64,000 nucleotides of DNA from Octopus sinensis (Eukaryota), in the NCBI RefSeq assembly GCF_006345805.1, contig NC_043000.1, forward strand, positions 92,504,001 through 92,568,000. Reading direction: 5' to 3'. This document shows positions 1 to 12,869 of this stretch, piece after piece. The notes beneath the pieces were generated by a model that was given only the letters and a program-made list of their open reading frames with translations, did no database searches and was not told the DNA's origin. Position numbers and translations under genes: made by a program. Position 1 is the first letter of the stretch. Every line of letters starts with the position of its first letter.

Positions 1-179
1 AAAACATTTTTTTCAGCCTTCCATACTGTAATACAGGAAAATATCCACAACCTTCTGCCTCAATAAACCACTCTTGTTCTTAAAAGTTGTTTTTATATTC
101 TCTACAGTTTGCTTGAAGCTAACCTTCTTCCTACACCTTGATTCTTGGATCTTACATTTATATATATATATGCACACAT

Positions 180-640
180 CGAAATTGAAATCAAATTCAA
201 TGACTGGCATCCATGCTAGTGGAGCGCTAAGAGCATCATCTGAGAGTGATCATTGCCAGTGCAGCTTCCGGGTCACTAGTGTGTAAAAAGCACCATTCAA
301 GTGTGATCGTTACCAGTGTCGCCTTACTGGCACATGAAAAAACATTTGAGTGAGGTCCTTGCCAGTGCCGCTGGACTGGCTCCTGTGCAGGTGGCATGTA
401 AAAAACACCATTTGAGCGTGGTCATTGTCAGCACCGCCTGACTGGCCCTCTTGTGCTGGTGGCACATAAAAGCACCCACTACACTCTCTGAGTGGTTGGT
501 GTTAGGAAGGGCATCCAGCTGTAGAAACTCTGCCAGATCAGATTGGAGCCTGGCGCAGTCATCTGGTTCGCCAGTCCTCAGTTAAATCGTCCAACCCATG
601 CTAGCATGAAAAGTGGACGTTAAACAATGATGATGATGAC
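180..640 (+). mobile_element. Non-autonomous RTE-tail retroelement (SINE-like)
   Basis: 3' part (ccactacactctc..gagtggttgg.gttaggaagggcatccagctgtagaaac...cccatgctagcatg...gacgttaaac + (gat)n) matches the 3' tail of the RTE LINE at 44450-44592. Other copies at 22270, 45310, 59175 and 63365. Confidence 0.8.
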
Positions 641-647
641 ACCAACA

Positions 648-696
<49 letters not shown>

Positions 697-768
697 GTAT
701 ATAGTGAGATTCATGAAGATCAGGAGTACAGAGATTTGCACGTCCAATTTTATTATACAGTTATTTAC

Positions 769-866
769 ATCTTTCTTCTCTTAGACCTATGCACACATTT
801 CAACTGCAAACTGCGGCACACTGCTGCAAACCACTGAAACATGTGTAGGTCTAAGAGAAGAAAGAT
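769..866. repeat. Fold-back hairpin with 21-bp perfect arms
   Basis: 769-789 atctttcttctcttagaccta is the exact reverse complement of 846-866. Imperfect pairing continues inward. Confidence 0.9.
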
Positions 867-1039
867 TCCTGTGAGTTCTCTGATGGCTAACCAGGCCCAC
901 ACAACTCAAGCACCTCCTCCCACAAACCACACAAAAAAACAACATTCCCTCATTCTCCACATGTTCTTTCCTTCTAAGCCCTCTCCTCATCTTCTCATGC
1001 TTCATTCTGTCTCTTTTAAACCTCAAACCACCACTGTGT

Positions 1040-1222
1040 ACTCTCTTCCGCCATCCAACTTATATATATTTCTCCTCATTTCTTTCTGTGTTCCTTTCTT
1101 TGGAAGAGCATAGGCTCGAAACATTTGAGACTTTTCACTTCCCGAGTGTTAAACTTATACATCTGTTTGTTGTCTACACCACATTTTCATCTTTTGTTTT
1201 TTTTTGTGAATTCTCCCTGTAT
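1040..1222 (+). mobile_element. PLE-like terminal-repeat remnant with decayed hammerhead-like motif
   Basis: Same family as 34330-34515 (shared ...ggaagagc.ta.gctcgaaac...gttgtctacaccac...gtgaattctccct). The GAGC/GCTC stem and GAAAC are present but the CUGANGA box is degenerate. Confidence 0.6.
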
Positions 1223-1639
1223 ACATATATAAATTAGAGGAAAACCACTATTATGTAATTCAAACAATGATAGACATAAACCAAATCATAAAGAAAAAAT
1301 AAAATATATTACAAAACATATAACTAGATCACAAAAAGTACAAAAAATGAATAAACAATATATAATAAGTAAAAAGACTACATACATTTCGTGACTATAA
1401 CTTCAATTCGAATTACAATTAAATTTAAATTTAATCAAAAAACAATTCAATTTAAAAGTATAGTCACTTCTCAGGTCAAAAATAATAATAACAATAATAA
1501 TTAAATAGATAATCAAATAGAATTAACAATATTTCTTAAAGAAATAAAATCACGATTGTTCTTATAGAAGAAATTCCGTTAACTAAATTTGAAACTTAAA
1601 AAGTAGGACCAGGTGTCTATAATACATTTATCATGTTAA

Positions 1640-2560
1640 AAACCTAAGCTAAAAAAATAGAATAAATAGATAGAAAAATGCATTTATCTGCGAAGATATA
1701 TTTTAGCTTTCAGAATAACATTAACAAGCTATAGAATATCTTTTCACTGGTTATACCCTAGTATTTTACGTTACAAACTATTTTACAAAACAATCACACT
1801 TAATGCTTTTAGATTATAGTTCACATATAATAATTATAAAATAATAAAATGAAATAAATGTACATATCTAAATTATAATTAACAAATATAGCAATTAGAA
1901 ATCCATATTTTTTCAATCAATAAACATAAATAAATAAATTACTCCATTATTTCTTAAATAGATACTATACTTATCATTCCAAAAATACTTATGAAATAAA
2001 AAATAAAAAATAAAAAATTCCAAAACTAAAAACGTATTACTTATCGTTTGTAAAATTATTTCCGAAAAAAGTACTTATTATTATTATTATTATCAAATTC
2101 AATAGTACTAAATACAAAAAACTTTACTTATACTGAAATATTTTACAATCTAATTTACAAAGTAACCAAAGTAATACTTTTCAATTTTAGTTCACATATA
2201 ATAATTATAATAATAAGAATAATTAAATAAATGTACATATCTAAATTATCACTAACAAATAAAAAAAATTAGAAATCCATATTTATCAATCAATAATGTA
2301 ATATAGATTACATTATTATTTCTTAAATAAATTGTATACTTATCTTTCCGAAGATATAATATGAACTATAAAATTTCAAAAGGAAAAACGTATTACTTAG
2401 CCTATATAAATTTACTCGTGAAGACGTGGCTTAAACAAATAGAACAAACAGATAGAAATATGCATTTTATCAATGAAAACTACAAAATATATTTTAGCTT
2501 TTACAAAAAGAGAATAAAATCACAAAAACTGTAAGATATCATTCACTAGAAACTTCAAAA
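1640..2560. repeat. Degenerate duplicated AT-rich blocks
   Basis: tagttcacatataataattataa... occurs at 1817 and 2188 (about 230 bp of similarity). gatagaaa.atgcatttt?atc occurs near 1670 and 2451. Confidence 0.7.
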
Positions 2561-3381
2561 TTTTAAAATTACTACGAAAACACATAAAACACAAATATAC
2601 TAAAATTCACAAGATACTTAAACTAATTTATATAGCTACAATTTACTTTATATTCTCTATTACCCTCATACTAATTTACTTGTTTCAGTCATATAAATAT
2701 GGTTATGCTGGAGCCCCGCCTTTATTCAAACAAATCAACCCCTTGACCCATTCTATATAAACACAGTACTTATTCAATCGGTCTCAATTTTCTAACCACT
2801 AATTTAATATACTTAAGTCAATCTAAAAAACTATAATGTAATTAATATTCATTAATAAATTATATTTATTAATTAAATAAACATCTAAAATAAATCTAAT
2901 TCTAACTATTTAATACAAACCCGTGTTGACCTACATACAAAACACCACCACAAAACATAAAACTACTAAATCACTTATACCAAATATATATTATATATAA
3001 AAAAAATACTTCCAAATAAATCCTCACTAATAATCTCTTATCCCCCTTTTTGTAGCTGTGCTACGCTATGCATTTCGTGGAGGAAAATTTTAGATCTGCT
3101 CATAAGCCTCTTGTATTGTTCCTTTTAATACTCCTTTATTGACCCATCTCTCTTACCATGACTATTCTTATCAGTGATCATTTGCATCTTCCTCACTAAC
3201 AAATGGCTTCCCTCTAAACTTCTGGTTGCCTATCTATTTCTCTTCAAGGCACTCATTATTGAGACCTATCACACTTTCCCACCTCCAACCTGTTTTAATA
3301 ACTATCAAGCACACACACTCTCTCTCACTCTTACAAGCTCACTCGCTCACTCACTCACTCACTCACCTATCTAACTATATC

Positions 3382-3440
<59 letters not shown>

Positions 3441-4063
3441 CTTTACTCTCTGCCATCCTTACTCCCAACTTTTCCATACTGTCATCACAATCACTCAGTT
3501 TCCCTCTCTTCATTCTTAGACCTCTTCCCTCTTTCTATTCCAGTTCATCTACCACCTTCATTTCTATACTGGTACCTCAACCATTCTGCTTCCTTCTTCA
3601 TATTCAGGTCCCTTTCTCTACTCCACCCAGTCTTGCTTTCTGTGAATGCTTTGGAAATTACATACTTCATCATGTTGTTTAAAACAAGGACAACATTTAG
3701 CAGGGGGGACTCTTTTATCTTACAGTGTACATGGTAACCCCACTAGACAGGGATCATGTTGATTGGGTAAAATAAAGGATGTAGAGTACCCTTTAAACTT
3801 GTATTATCAAGTCTGTGTCAAACTTTCAAGAGTTGGTATCATGATGAAATGCATCTATAGCATATTCAGTGAACTAGTGGCAGAAACCACAGAGAAAATT
3901 TCAAGTTGAGAAAACACTTTAGTCTTGTCTTCTCAAAGACAGGACAAACAATCTAGTGCTTGTGCCATTATAAAATGTGACTAATATAATTTGTAAGGTG
4001 GTTGTTGCAAGAAGGACATCCAGCAGTAGTATTAAAAGTAAGAAATCAGTAAATCAGTAATGC

Positions 4064-4298
4064 AAGGCGGTGAGCTGGCAGAAACGTTAGCACGCTGGGT
4101 GAAATGCTTAGTGGTATTTCGTCTTCTGCTAGGTTCCGAGTTCAAATTACGCTGAGGTCAACTTTGCCTTTCATCCTTTTGGGGTCGAAAAATTAAGTAT
4201 CAGTTATGCACTGGGGTCGATGTAATCGACTTAATCCCTTTTCTGTCCTTGTTTGTCCTCTCTATGTTTAGCCCCTAGTGGGCAATCAAGAAATAAGA
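4064..4298 (+). mobile_element. tRNA-derived SINE, family A (Nin/Deu-like core)
   Basis: Head aaggcggtgagctggcagaa...gagttcaaatt. Central gcctttcatcct...ggggtcga.aaattaagta resembles the Deu/Nin domain. Near-identical copy at 20557-20791. Confidence 0.8.
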
Positions 4299-4468
4299 TA
4301 TCAGTAACTCAGAAGGATAATGAGTTCCAACCCTTGGCAGCATGGGAAATTCAAGAAAGGCTGATGGTGAAAATACATGCATGCACACATGCACACAGAC
4401 ATATACATACATATAATATATATATGTAGGTATGTAGATGTGTGTGTGTATATATATGTATGTATGTC

Positions 4469-4507
<39 letters not shown>

Positions 4508-4666
4508 AATATGTATACATATTTATATAAATATATATATACATATATAGATAGATATCTATATATATGCATACATATATATATGTATATACATATACAC
4601 ACATGTATGCATATGTATATGTGTATGTAGATATATATATATATATATATTACACACATGTTTTAC

Positions 4667-4748
4667 TTTTTGTAAATGTCTATGCCAGAAATTCAAACTT
4701 TCAATTTGGAATATTTCTATAGTGCAAGACTTTGTTAAAAGTTTATTC
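4667..4748 (-). CDS. Candidate orphan internal exon (NKLLTKSCTIEIFQIESLNFWHRHLQK)
   Basis: Minus-strand acceptor tttttacaatttaaccatttcttcag| and donor |gtaaaa. 82 nt with one open frame, in unique sequence. No recognised homology. Confidence 0.25.
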
Positions 4749-5102
4749 CTGAAGAAATGGTTAAATTGTAAAAAGTAATAGGGGAGAACAGGCGCAATAA
4801 AAATAATCTTTAAAAATACAGTAGCAACAACAACAATAACATGAAAATGAAATGTAAATACATTTTTTTTCATATTTCTCATCTGACATCTGGTTCTGAT
4901 ACTATACATTCATTATAATCATCGTCGTCATCATAATCATCATCACCATCATCATCATCATCATTTTCATCAAAATATTCTTTCTCACTTCAGTAATAAT
5001 TCTAAGGATTCTTCACAATCATCAACATCATCATGATCGGCGGCGTCATCATCATCATCCTCACCAACGTCATCCACATCATTATCGTTATCATCATCGT
5101 TG

Positions 5103-5135
<33 letters not shown>

Positions 5136-5419
5136 CCAAAATAAAAATATCCAGTATATTATTATTATGTTAGAAATTATTTTAAAATTTTGAAAATTAA
5201 TATATTATTAATATAAAATTACTTGTAGTAATAGTAATAGCAACAGTAGCAGCAGCAGCAGTAGTAGTGGTGGTGGTGGTGGTAGTATTAGTAGTAGTAA
5301 TGGTGGTAGTAGTAGTAATGGTAGTAGTAGTAACAGTAGTACTAGTGACTTTTCTATAATATTAAAGACTAAATGAATTATTATTGTTATTATTATTATT
5401 ATTATCATTATTATTATTA

Positions 5420-5499
<80 letters not shown>

Positions 5500-5569
5500 T
5501 TGAGTGACACTGGAGTAAAATATACGAAGCTCAGTATACTCATCATGACTACACATCTCCCCCACCACT

Positions 5570-5710
5570 TCTGCTCATGATCAGAGATGTACATTTCGTC
5601 AGCCACCAAGGGACAGGCTCAACTGGTTAAGGTCAAACAACCGACAAGCAAATCTGTGGTAGTGAGCTGAATATATGCTGTAGCCCATCTTTTATACCAA
5701 GACAAAACAT
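5570..5710. repeat. Unclassified interspersed repeat (second copy inverted at 22750-22868)
   Basis: gtcagccaccaagggaca.gctcaactggttaagg.caaacaac.gacaagcaaatctgt... is the reverse complement of 22751-22868. Confidence 0.75.
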
Positions 5711-6791
5711 GAGAGTGACCGACTGGTTTATTATTATTATCATGATTATTATTTCAAATTTCAACTACTACTACTACTTATTAATGATATGTTTTTTATG
5801 ATTCTCATCATTTTATTTTGTTATTTCTTCTATTTCTGTGTTTGTTTATTTTTGTTTACACATTTTGTTTTTCCTTTTCATGTATAACATTTAAGAAAAA
5901 AATCCCATAATTTTGCTTTCCTCATTTAAATCCAAATCATTTTTGCCTAGATCCTTCCATCATCAACACCATTACCACAACCATCACCACCACCACTACC
6001 ACCATCATCATCATCATCATCATCATCATCATTTTCATCGTTGTCAACATCATTATCATTATCGTCTTCATCCACATCATCATTACGATTACCATGATCA
6101 TCCTCACTGTCGATCACATCGTCGTATCCTCACCATCACCATCATCCTCACTACTACCACCACCACCGCCACCACCACCACCACCACCATTATCATCATC
6201 ATTATCATCATCATCATCATCATCATCATTATCATATTCATCATCATCCTCATCAACATCTTCATCATCATCGTTGTTGTTGTCCTCGTCATCATCATCA
6301 TCATCATCATCGCCATCATCACTACTACATCTATCCCCAAAACTTAAAACCTCCAGACACCAAACTTGAAACCCCCGAACCCTAACCAAACTAACATCCA
6401 AAATTCTAAATAATGTTGAAAGGTCAAGTATAAAATTAAAAAAAAATTAAAAGAAAAAAAATAAACTAAAAATCCTCACCTGATTGACTGTTGATATTTG
6501 AAATTATTACATTTCTTAATGGAACTGGTGGTGTGAGGAGTTGGGTGGGGGTGGTCGGGTTTGGTAAGGAATCAGTTTTAAAGAAGCAATGTGTTTGTTC
6601 ATTTTTGGCAGTTTTTTTTTTTACTGTTCCTTTTTTTATTGTTTGAAATATTCATCTTTTGTTTTCTTATAAAGTTTGAGCTTATTTCTCCTCATAGATA
6701 TCATATGACTTTCTATTTTTGTTCCTATTTATCATTATTATTATTGTTATTATTATTATTGTTGTTGTTATTATTGTTGTTATTATTGTTA

Positions 6792-6838
<47 letters not shown>

Positions 6839-6940
6839 ATTTAAATTTTTCACATTAGAATTATATCAAAAACACCCGTTCCTGTTATCCTGCAGCATGT
6901 ATGCTTATGTTTTTGTGGGTGCATATGAGAGACTGGTAAG

Positions 6941-6978
<38 letters not shown>

Positions 6979-7368
6979 GAGATAGATAGATAGATAGATA
7001 AATAGATAGAGAGAGAGAGAGGGGAGGGAAAGAAAAAGAGAGACAGAGAGCAGGAGAGAGAGAGAAAGAGAGAGAGAGATGGGGTTAGATTTATATTCAG
7101 GTTTTACTTTCTGTAAAACATTCTCCAAACTAAAGTTTGAATGGAATTGGGAGAAGATAAAAAGTACTTTATCTGCCTCATTAGTTTAAACATGTACAAA
7201 CACATGCAACACACACCATAAATGTATATATTCTTGTATGCATGTGTATATATATATATATATATGTTTTACGGCATGTATGTATATATGTGTGTGTGTG
7301 TGTCTGTGTGTATGTATATCTATCTACCTATCTATTTATCTATCTACACACACACACATATATATATG

Positions 7369-7413
<45 letters not shown>

Positions 7414-7489
7414 TATATACAAACACATATATATAAAGTATATATATGTGTGTATATATGAAAATATGTATATGTGTGAGTATATATAT

Positions 7490-7545
<56 letters not shown>

Positions 7546-7816
7546 ATGATGAATGATAATGAAAACATTGAAATCTATATGATGAACACATACATGTGTC
7601 TTTATATATATATACATACACACATACATATATATATATATATACATGCATATATATATGTATATGTATGTATATCTGTGTATATACATTATATATGTGT
7701 GTATGCATATCTATCTATCTATCGTGATAGATAGATAGATATGCATACACACATATATAGTCTATATTACAATACATATACATACATATATACATACATA
7801 TACATATATACATATA

Positions 7817-7849
<33 letters not shown>

Positions 7850-8807
7850 CATTTTAGCGAACATGAATAAATAGTTGGGAGTATCACTAATGAGACATAC
7901 TGATTCAGTGTTGTAATGTCAGGGGTGCTGGGTGAGCTGCCACAGTTGGTGGGGAATGTAAGGCAATTACTGTAGCCAAAGGCATGTCATATTTAAGGAA
8001 GCTAGTCCCTAATTTTGTTACTATACAGGGCAGCTAAAACTCACACTATGCCACTGCAGTAAGCAAAATACATACATAGATTAAGAACATGAGAGTGAAG
8101 TTATATTATATAATACATAATATCTGTGTGTGTGTGTATGTGTGTGTGTGTGTGTGTGGTGTATGTGTGTTATATCAGGAGCATATGAAGCCATAAATTC
8201 AAGTGATATGAGAAGTGAATATATGTTTATTTAGTCATTTTTCTCCCATAGGATTACAGCTGTTTCGTAACTTTCTCCATGTAGTATTAATTTCAGTATG
8301 GAACAAATCATGCATACATGTCTGCATACATTTATATCTATGCTCACCATTATGAAATTTTTAATATAAAATTGTATATTCACAATTTAATGCAAATAAA
8401 GAAATCTAGCTTATCAGATCACCAGAATATCATGGCTACACCAATGATTTAACTTTAGTTCACAGATATAATATGTTTGTGTGTGTGTGCTTATGTATAT
8501 TATCATCATCCACATCATCTTATATCATCCATTTTCCATAGTGTCATAGGTTGGATTATATATGTATATATGTGTATCTCTTATGATAATATATATATAT
8601 ATATGAGTTCAGTAAAATTTTAGATTCAGATGAATATGGTACTTAAGTTGAGGCACTAGAATTTGGTACGGTATTATCCATACAATTTCAAAATTTATAT
8701 ATATGTATATATTTATATATATGTACACACACATATATATATATATATGTATACACACACACACACACATATATATATGTAAGTGTGTCTGTGTTTGTGT
8801 ATATATA

Positions 8808-9185
8808 AAGAAGCTTGAGAGGCGGTTGGATGGAACCTACACTCGCCTCCTTATGAGAGCTCAAAATCTCTCGTTGAAGCGCCATCCAACCAAAATGCAA
8901 ATATATGGGAAACTACCACCTGTGTCATCTCTTGTGAAAGGTAGGAGAGTCCAGTTTGCTGGGCATTGTTGTAGAGCTGAAAAAGAAGTAATTTCTACTC
9001 TTCTCCTCTGGAAGCCATCTACTCGCAATACCAGAGGGAGCACACTCTCCTACCCTGATGTAATCTCCAGGGATACAGGCATCCAGCAACAGGACCTCTG
9101 TAATGCCATGATGGACCGTGAAGTCTGGCATAGCATGGTAAATTCCATTGTCTCGACCACGGTCAAACAATGATGATGATGATGT
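8808..9185 (+). mobile_element. RTE-clade LINE 3' fragment (end of RT ORF plus (gat)n tail)
   Basis: Open frame ..LDGTYTRLLMRAQNLS..RRVQFAGHCCR..DLCNAMMDREVWHSMV..* is typical of the RTE C-terminus and is followed by tgatgatgatgat. Confidence 0.85.
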
Positions 9186-9198
9186 GTATATATTATTA

Positions 9199-9316
9199 GC
9201 TTTGACTACTCTCAGCCCTTAATACATGTTATGCCATCTATGGCATCATGATATATGCTTTGACTACTCTCAGCCCTTAATACATGTTATGCCATCTATG
9301 GCATCATGATATATGC
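9199..9316. repeat. Exact 58-bp tandem duplication
   Basis: gctttgactactctcagcccttaatacatgttatgccatctatggcatcatgatatat starts at 9199 and again at 9257. Confidence 0.95.
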
Positions 9317-9593
9317 ATGTATGCATGCTTGCGAGTTTCTGTACTATTGTTGATCCATATAGGTGTATAATAACTTAGCATTAATTAGTGTGGTGTTAAG
9401 AAGATGACTGCAACATGAAATCTTCATAGGTTTGTGTCAAACTTTACTAACTTGAAGATTCCATGTTTAGCGTATAATCCAGCCTGTGTATTTAAGCACT
9501 AATCAGATTCTGTGACATTATATGGATATATACATATATATGCATATATGTATACGTATGTATATGTATATATCTATATCTAATATCTATATA

Positions 9594-9683
<90 letters not shown>

Positions 9684-10198
9684 CATATATATATGTGTAT
9701 GTGTATATATATATATATATATTATATATAATATATATACATATATATATATGTACATACATATATGTATATATATATATGTTTATATATGTCTATATAT
9801 ATATGTATCTTTTCCTCTCTATATATATATATACATATATACACTCACACACACACACAAACACACACATGTAAAACAAAATCTAATCAATACTGGCTAC
9901 ACAAACAAACTGATAGACAACAATCTATGTATGAATTCAACCAAAAAGTAATTAACACTTCCACCCCAAACACAAATAAACCAGACAAGACACAAACACA
10001 CACATGTACATACATTTATACATGTACACACACACACGCACACACACACACACACACACACACCACATATATATATATGTATAATTGGTTATAACCAAAA
10101 TAAATCACATGACTCTCATTACAAAACTAATGAGACAATTCTGAGGAGGATAATTAAGCAAACTCTACACAGCATTGTACTCCCTAAGGATAAAGTAG

Positions 10199-10245
<47 letters not shown>

Positions 10246-11217
10246 CTATGTATGTATGTGTGTCCTGTATATTCTGTGTAGTCTAAAGCCTCAAATAGTG
10301 CCATCTTTTAAATAATAGTAAATATTCCAACTCTATAATCAGGTTACTGGTAAATAACAATTAACAAGACCCATATATCAAACCAACATTAGAGCTGGAA
10401 TGAAAGAATGTGTCAAAACCTAATTTACATCTAATATTGGTCCTTCTAGCTTGAAAAAATATCAGCAATGTATTTTAATTTTATCACAAGTTTATAAATG
10501 AATTCCCTCTCTGACAATTGCCTATGTATTGCATTATCTCAACAAAGCGTAGACAATTTGGATAAATAAATAACAATGATTTGCAAGTGTTGCACCATAT
10601 GTAATATTATAAAATCAAACAAGTAGGAGCTAATTTACAATCACTGAACATGTTGTGAAATATTCCTCAAATCACACCCTAAATTTTTTTTAAGGACACA
10701 TTGGATAATATAGCTTTAGTTGAAATGTGCCTGGAGTGTCAAACTTGAAGTGCCTTTAACAATAAGTGGTATCAAATAGGAATGGCCAGAAGTAACTACA
10801 AGAAGACCCTTATTAACCCTTCTGATACCAACCCACCTGATACTGCCCTTGATTCCATATAAATTTCTGCTTTTATGTGACCTTAATTAAAACGTTCCAT
10901 CAATATTTAATATTAAACTTAGTAATGACATTCATTTAAGGAAATTCGAAATTCTTTATTACTGTCAAAATTAATTAAACCCTTTAGCATTTAGATTACT
11001 TTGTTGAATGTAATGTTTGTTTATCCACATTGTTTTGAATTAATCATGCATTGTTTTGTAACCTTGAGAGTTTGTATGAGGGGACTTAATTTTTAAAATG
11101 ATAATGTAAGTTTGGTGTGACTCCACACAACTGATAGCAAAATACACTTGATAAGAGAAAAATCCTGCTTTTCTTTTGTTTTTGACACTGTCTAGTGAGA
11201 GATTGTTTGTTCATTCT

Positions 11218-11489
11218 CAAGCCACGCCTGGCTCATAAGTGTCGGTTTCCCGGTTTCTTTGGCATATAGGTTCCCCACCTGAACAGGACGTCACAGGTGA
11301 GCTGCAAGATGCAAGCAGAAAGTTTGAGAGAAAATTGTGGTGAAAGAGTCAGCAGAAGTTCGCCATTACCTTCTGCCAGAGCCACGTGGAGCTTAGGTGT
11401 TTCGCTCATAAACACACACGTTGCCTGGTCTGAGATTCGAATCCATGATCCCTTGACTGTGACTCCACTGCTCTAACCAATAGGCCATA
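11218..11489 (-). mobile_element. tRNA-derived SINE, family C
   Basis: Minus-strand tRNA-like head (tggcctattggttagagcagtggagtc...ggattcgaatctc). Body shared with 18752-19051 and 62812-63125. Confidence 0.75.
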
Positions 11490-12071
11490 GTCCACCCGAT
11501 GAGAGATACAGTTCTCAAAACAGAAATTTCTGCAGTAGAAAACAACAGGTAAAACTTTGTAATCAAGTGAGGCACAATTAAACAAGACACACCAGATTGC
11601 AAAGTTTTGCATGCTTGACTAAACTCAGAATAATAACCCAACTACCATATCAAACAATAACATTTTTTATAATGTTATTCCATCAAAACTTACACTATAT
11701 ACCTTGTTGCCTCCTATCCTCATTTATTACACCTGCCTGAACATCTACTTTTGGGCATACATACACACACACTCACACATATTTATATATACACATACAT
11801 ATATATGTACATACATATACATATATATGTACATACATACACATACTTATGTATCATGCATTCACATTTAATCAATGTGTTATATTATTACAAAATTCAA
11901 TGTTTAAAGAATTGATCCCTAAAAGCTTAATCTTTACACCAAACAAATCCAGTTACATTTTCTTCAAGAACTAAATCACAAGAGGTAAGAATTGACACAC
12001 AACATATATATATGTGTGTGTGTGTGTATGTATGTATGTATCTATATATATATATATATATATATACATTG

Positions 12072-12122
<51 letters not shown>

Positions 12123-12333
12123 GTATATATAAATTATTACATTATATAAAAGGGCTTAGTAAAATAAATTACTTTGCCACATACTGAACTCATTAGAAAT
12201 AGTAGCTAAAAAAAAAACTTTTTTAGAACTATTTCTAATACTTAAAGAAAATCTCTCTCAAATAGTGTTTGCTCAATTCAACTCACGAAAGTATGGGGGT
12301 AAAGACATTAAAAAATCAAATGCAAAGGTTATT

Positions 12334-12385
12334 TGAGAACGTACGTTTCAAGATTAGTCAACTCGACATTTCTATCATCAGCTCA
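12334..12385 (-). ncRNA. Type I hammerhead ribozyme motif
   Basis: Minus strand reads UGAG-CUGAUGA-[stem II]-GAAAC-GUAC-GU-U-CUCA. Stem I is UGAG/CUCA and stem III is the palindrome ACGUACGU. Confidence 0.7.
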
Positions 12386-12817
12386 GAACTCCTTGGTTTG
12401 GATTTGAAAACACTGAAAGTGGGAGCATACCCTTTCGGCTTCTTATCGCTTCTGAAGATCTGCTCGAAACTAACAGTGCCAGCAAACCCAAAAAAATGCA
12501 AGCGAAGAATTTCTGCTCTCCCCTTTCCACCAGCGTGGGTTAAAATCAGCAAACACTATGCTTTTTCGGTAAAATCCGAAGCATTTAAATAGAGAGAGAT
12601 GAATTATAATTTCAACAATTGAGGGTAAAATTAATTAATTATTAATCAATTTCACCAAGTATTCAGTATTTAAAGGGACCATTTAAGGCGAATTCAAATT
12701 ATTACATTTTTTGGGTTTGCTGGCACTGTTAGTTTCGAGCAGAATTTCTAGAGGTGATAAGAAGCCGAAAGGGTATGCTCCCACTTTCAGTGTTTTCAAA
12801 TCCAAACCAAGGAGTTC

Positions 12818-12869
12818 TGAGCTGATGATAGAAATGTCGAGTTGACTAATCTTGAAACGTACGTTCTCA
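12818..12869 (+). ncRNA. Type I hammerhead ribozyme motif
   Basis: TGAG(12818-21) CTGATGA(12822-28) ... GAAAC(12854-58) GTAC GT T(12865) CTCA(12866-69). Stem I extends through an internal loop (caagg-a-gtt / aac-ctttg). Confidence 0.72.

Noticed and set aside
1230-3020. Mitochondrial insertion (NUMT) as the cause of the AT-rich skew
   Set aside because: No recognisable mitochondrial rRNA, tRNA or protein motif, and the tract contains a nuclear SINE fragment.
5913-6401. Poly-His, poly-Ser and poly-Asp ORFs, and the many YI/CV/HT-repeat ORFs elsewhere in the track
   Set aside because: These are translations of (CAT)n, (CAC)n, (TA)n and (CA)n microsatellites.
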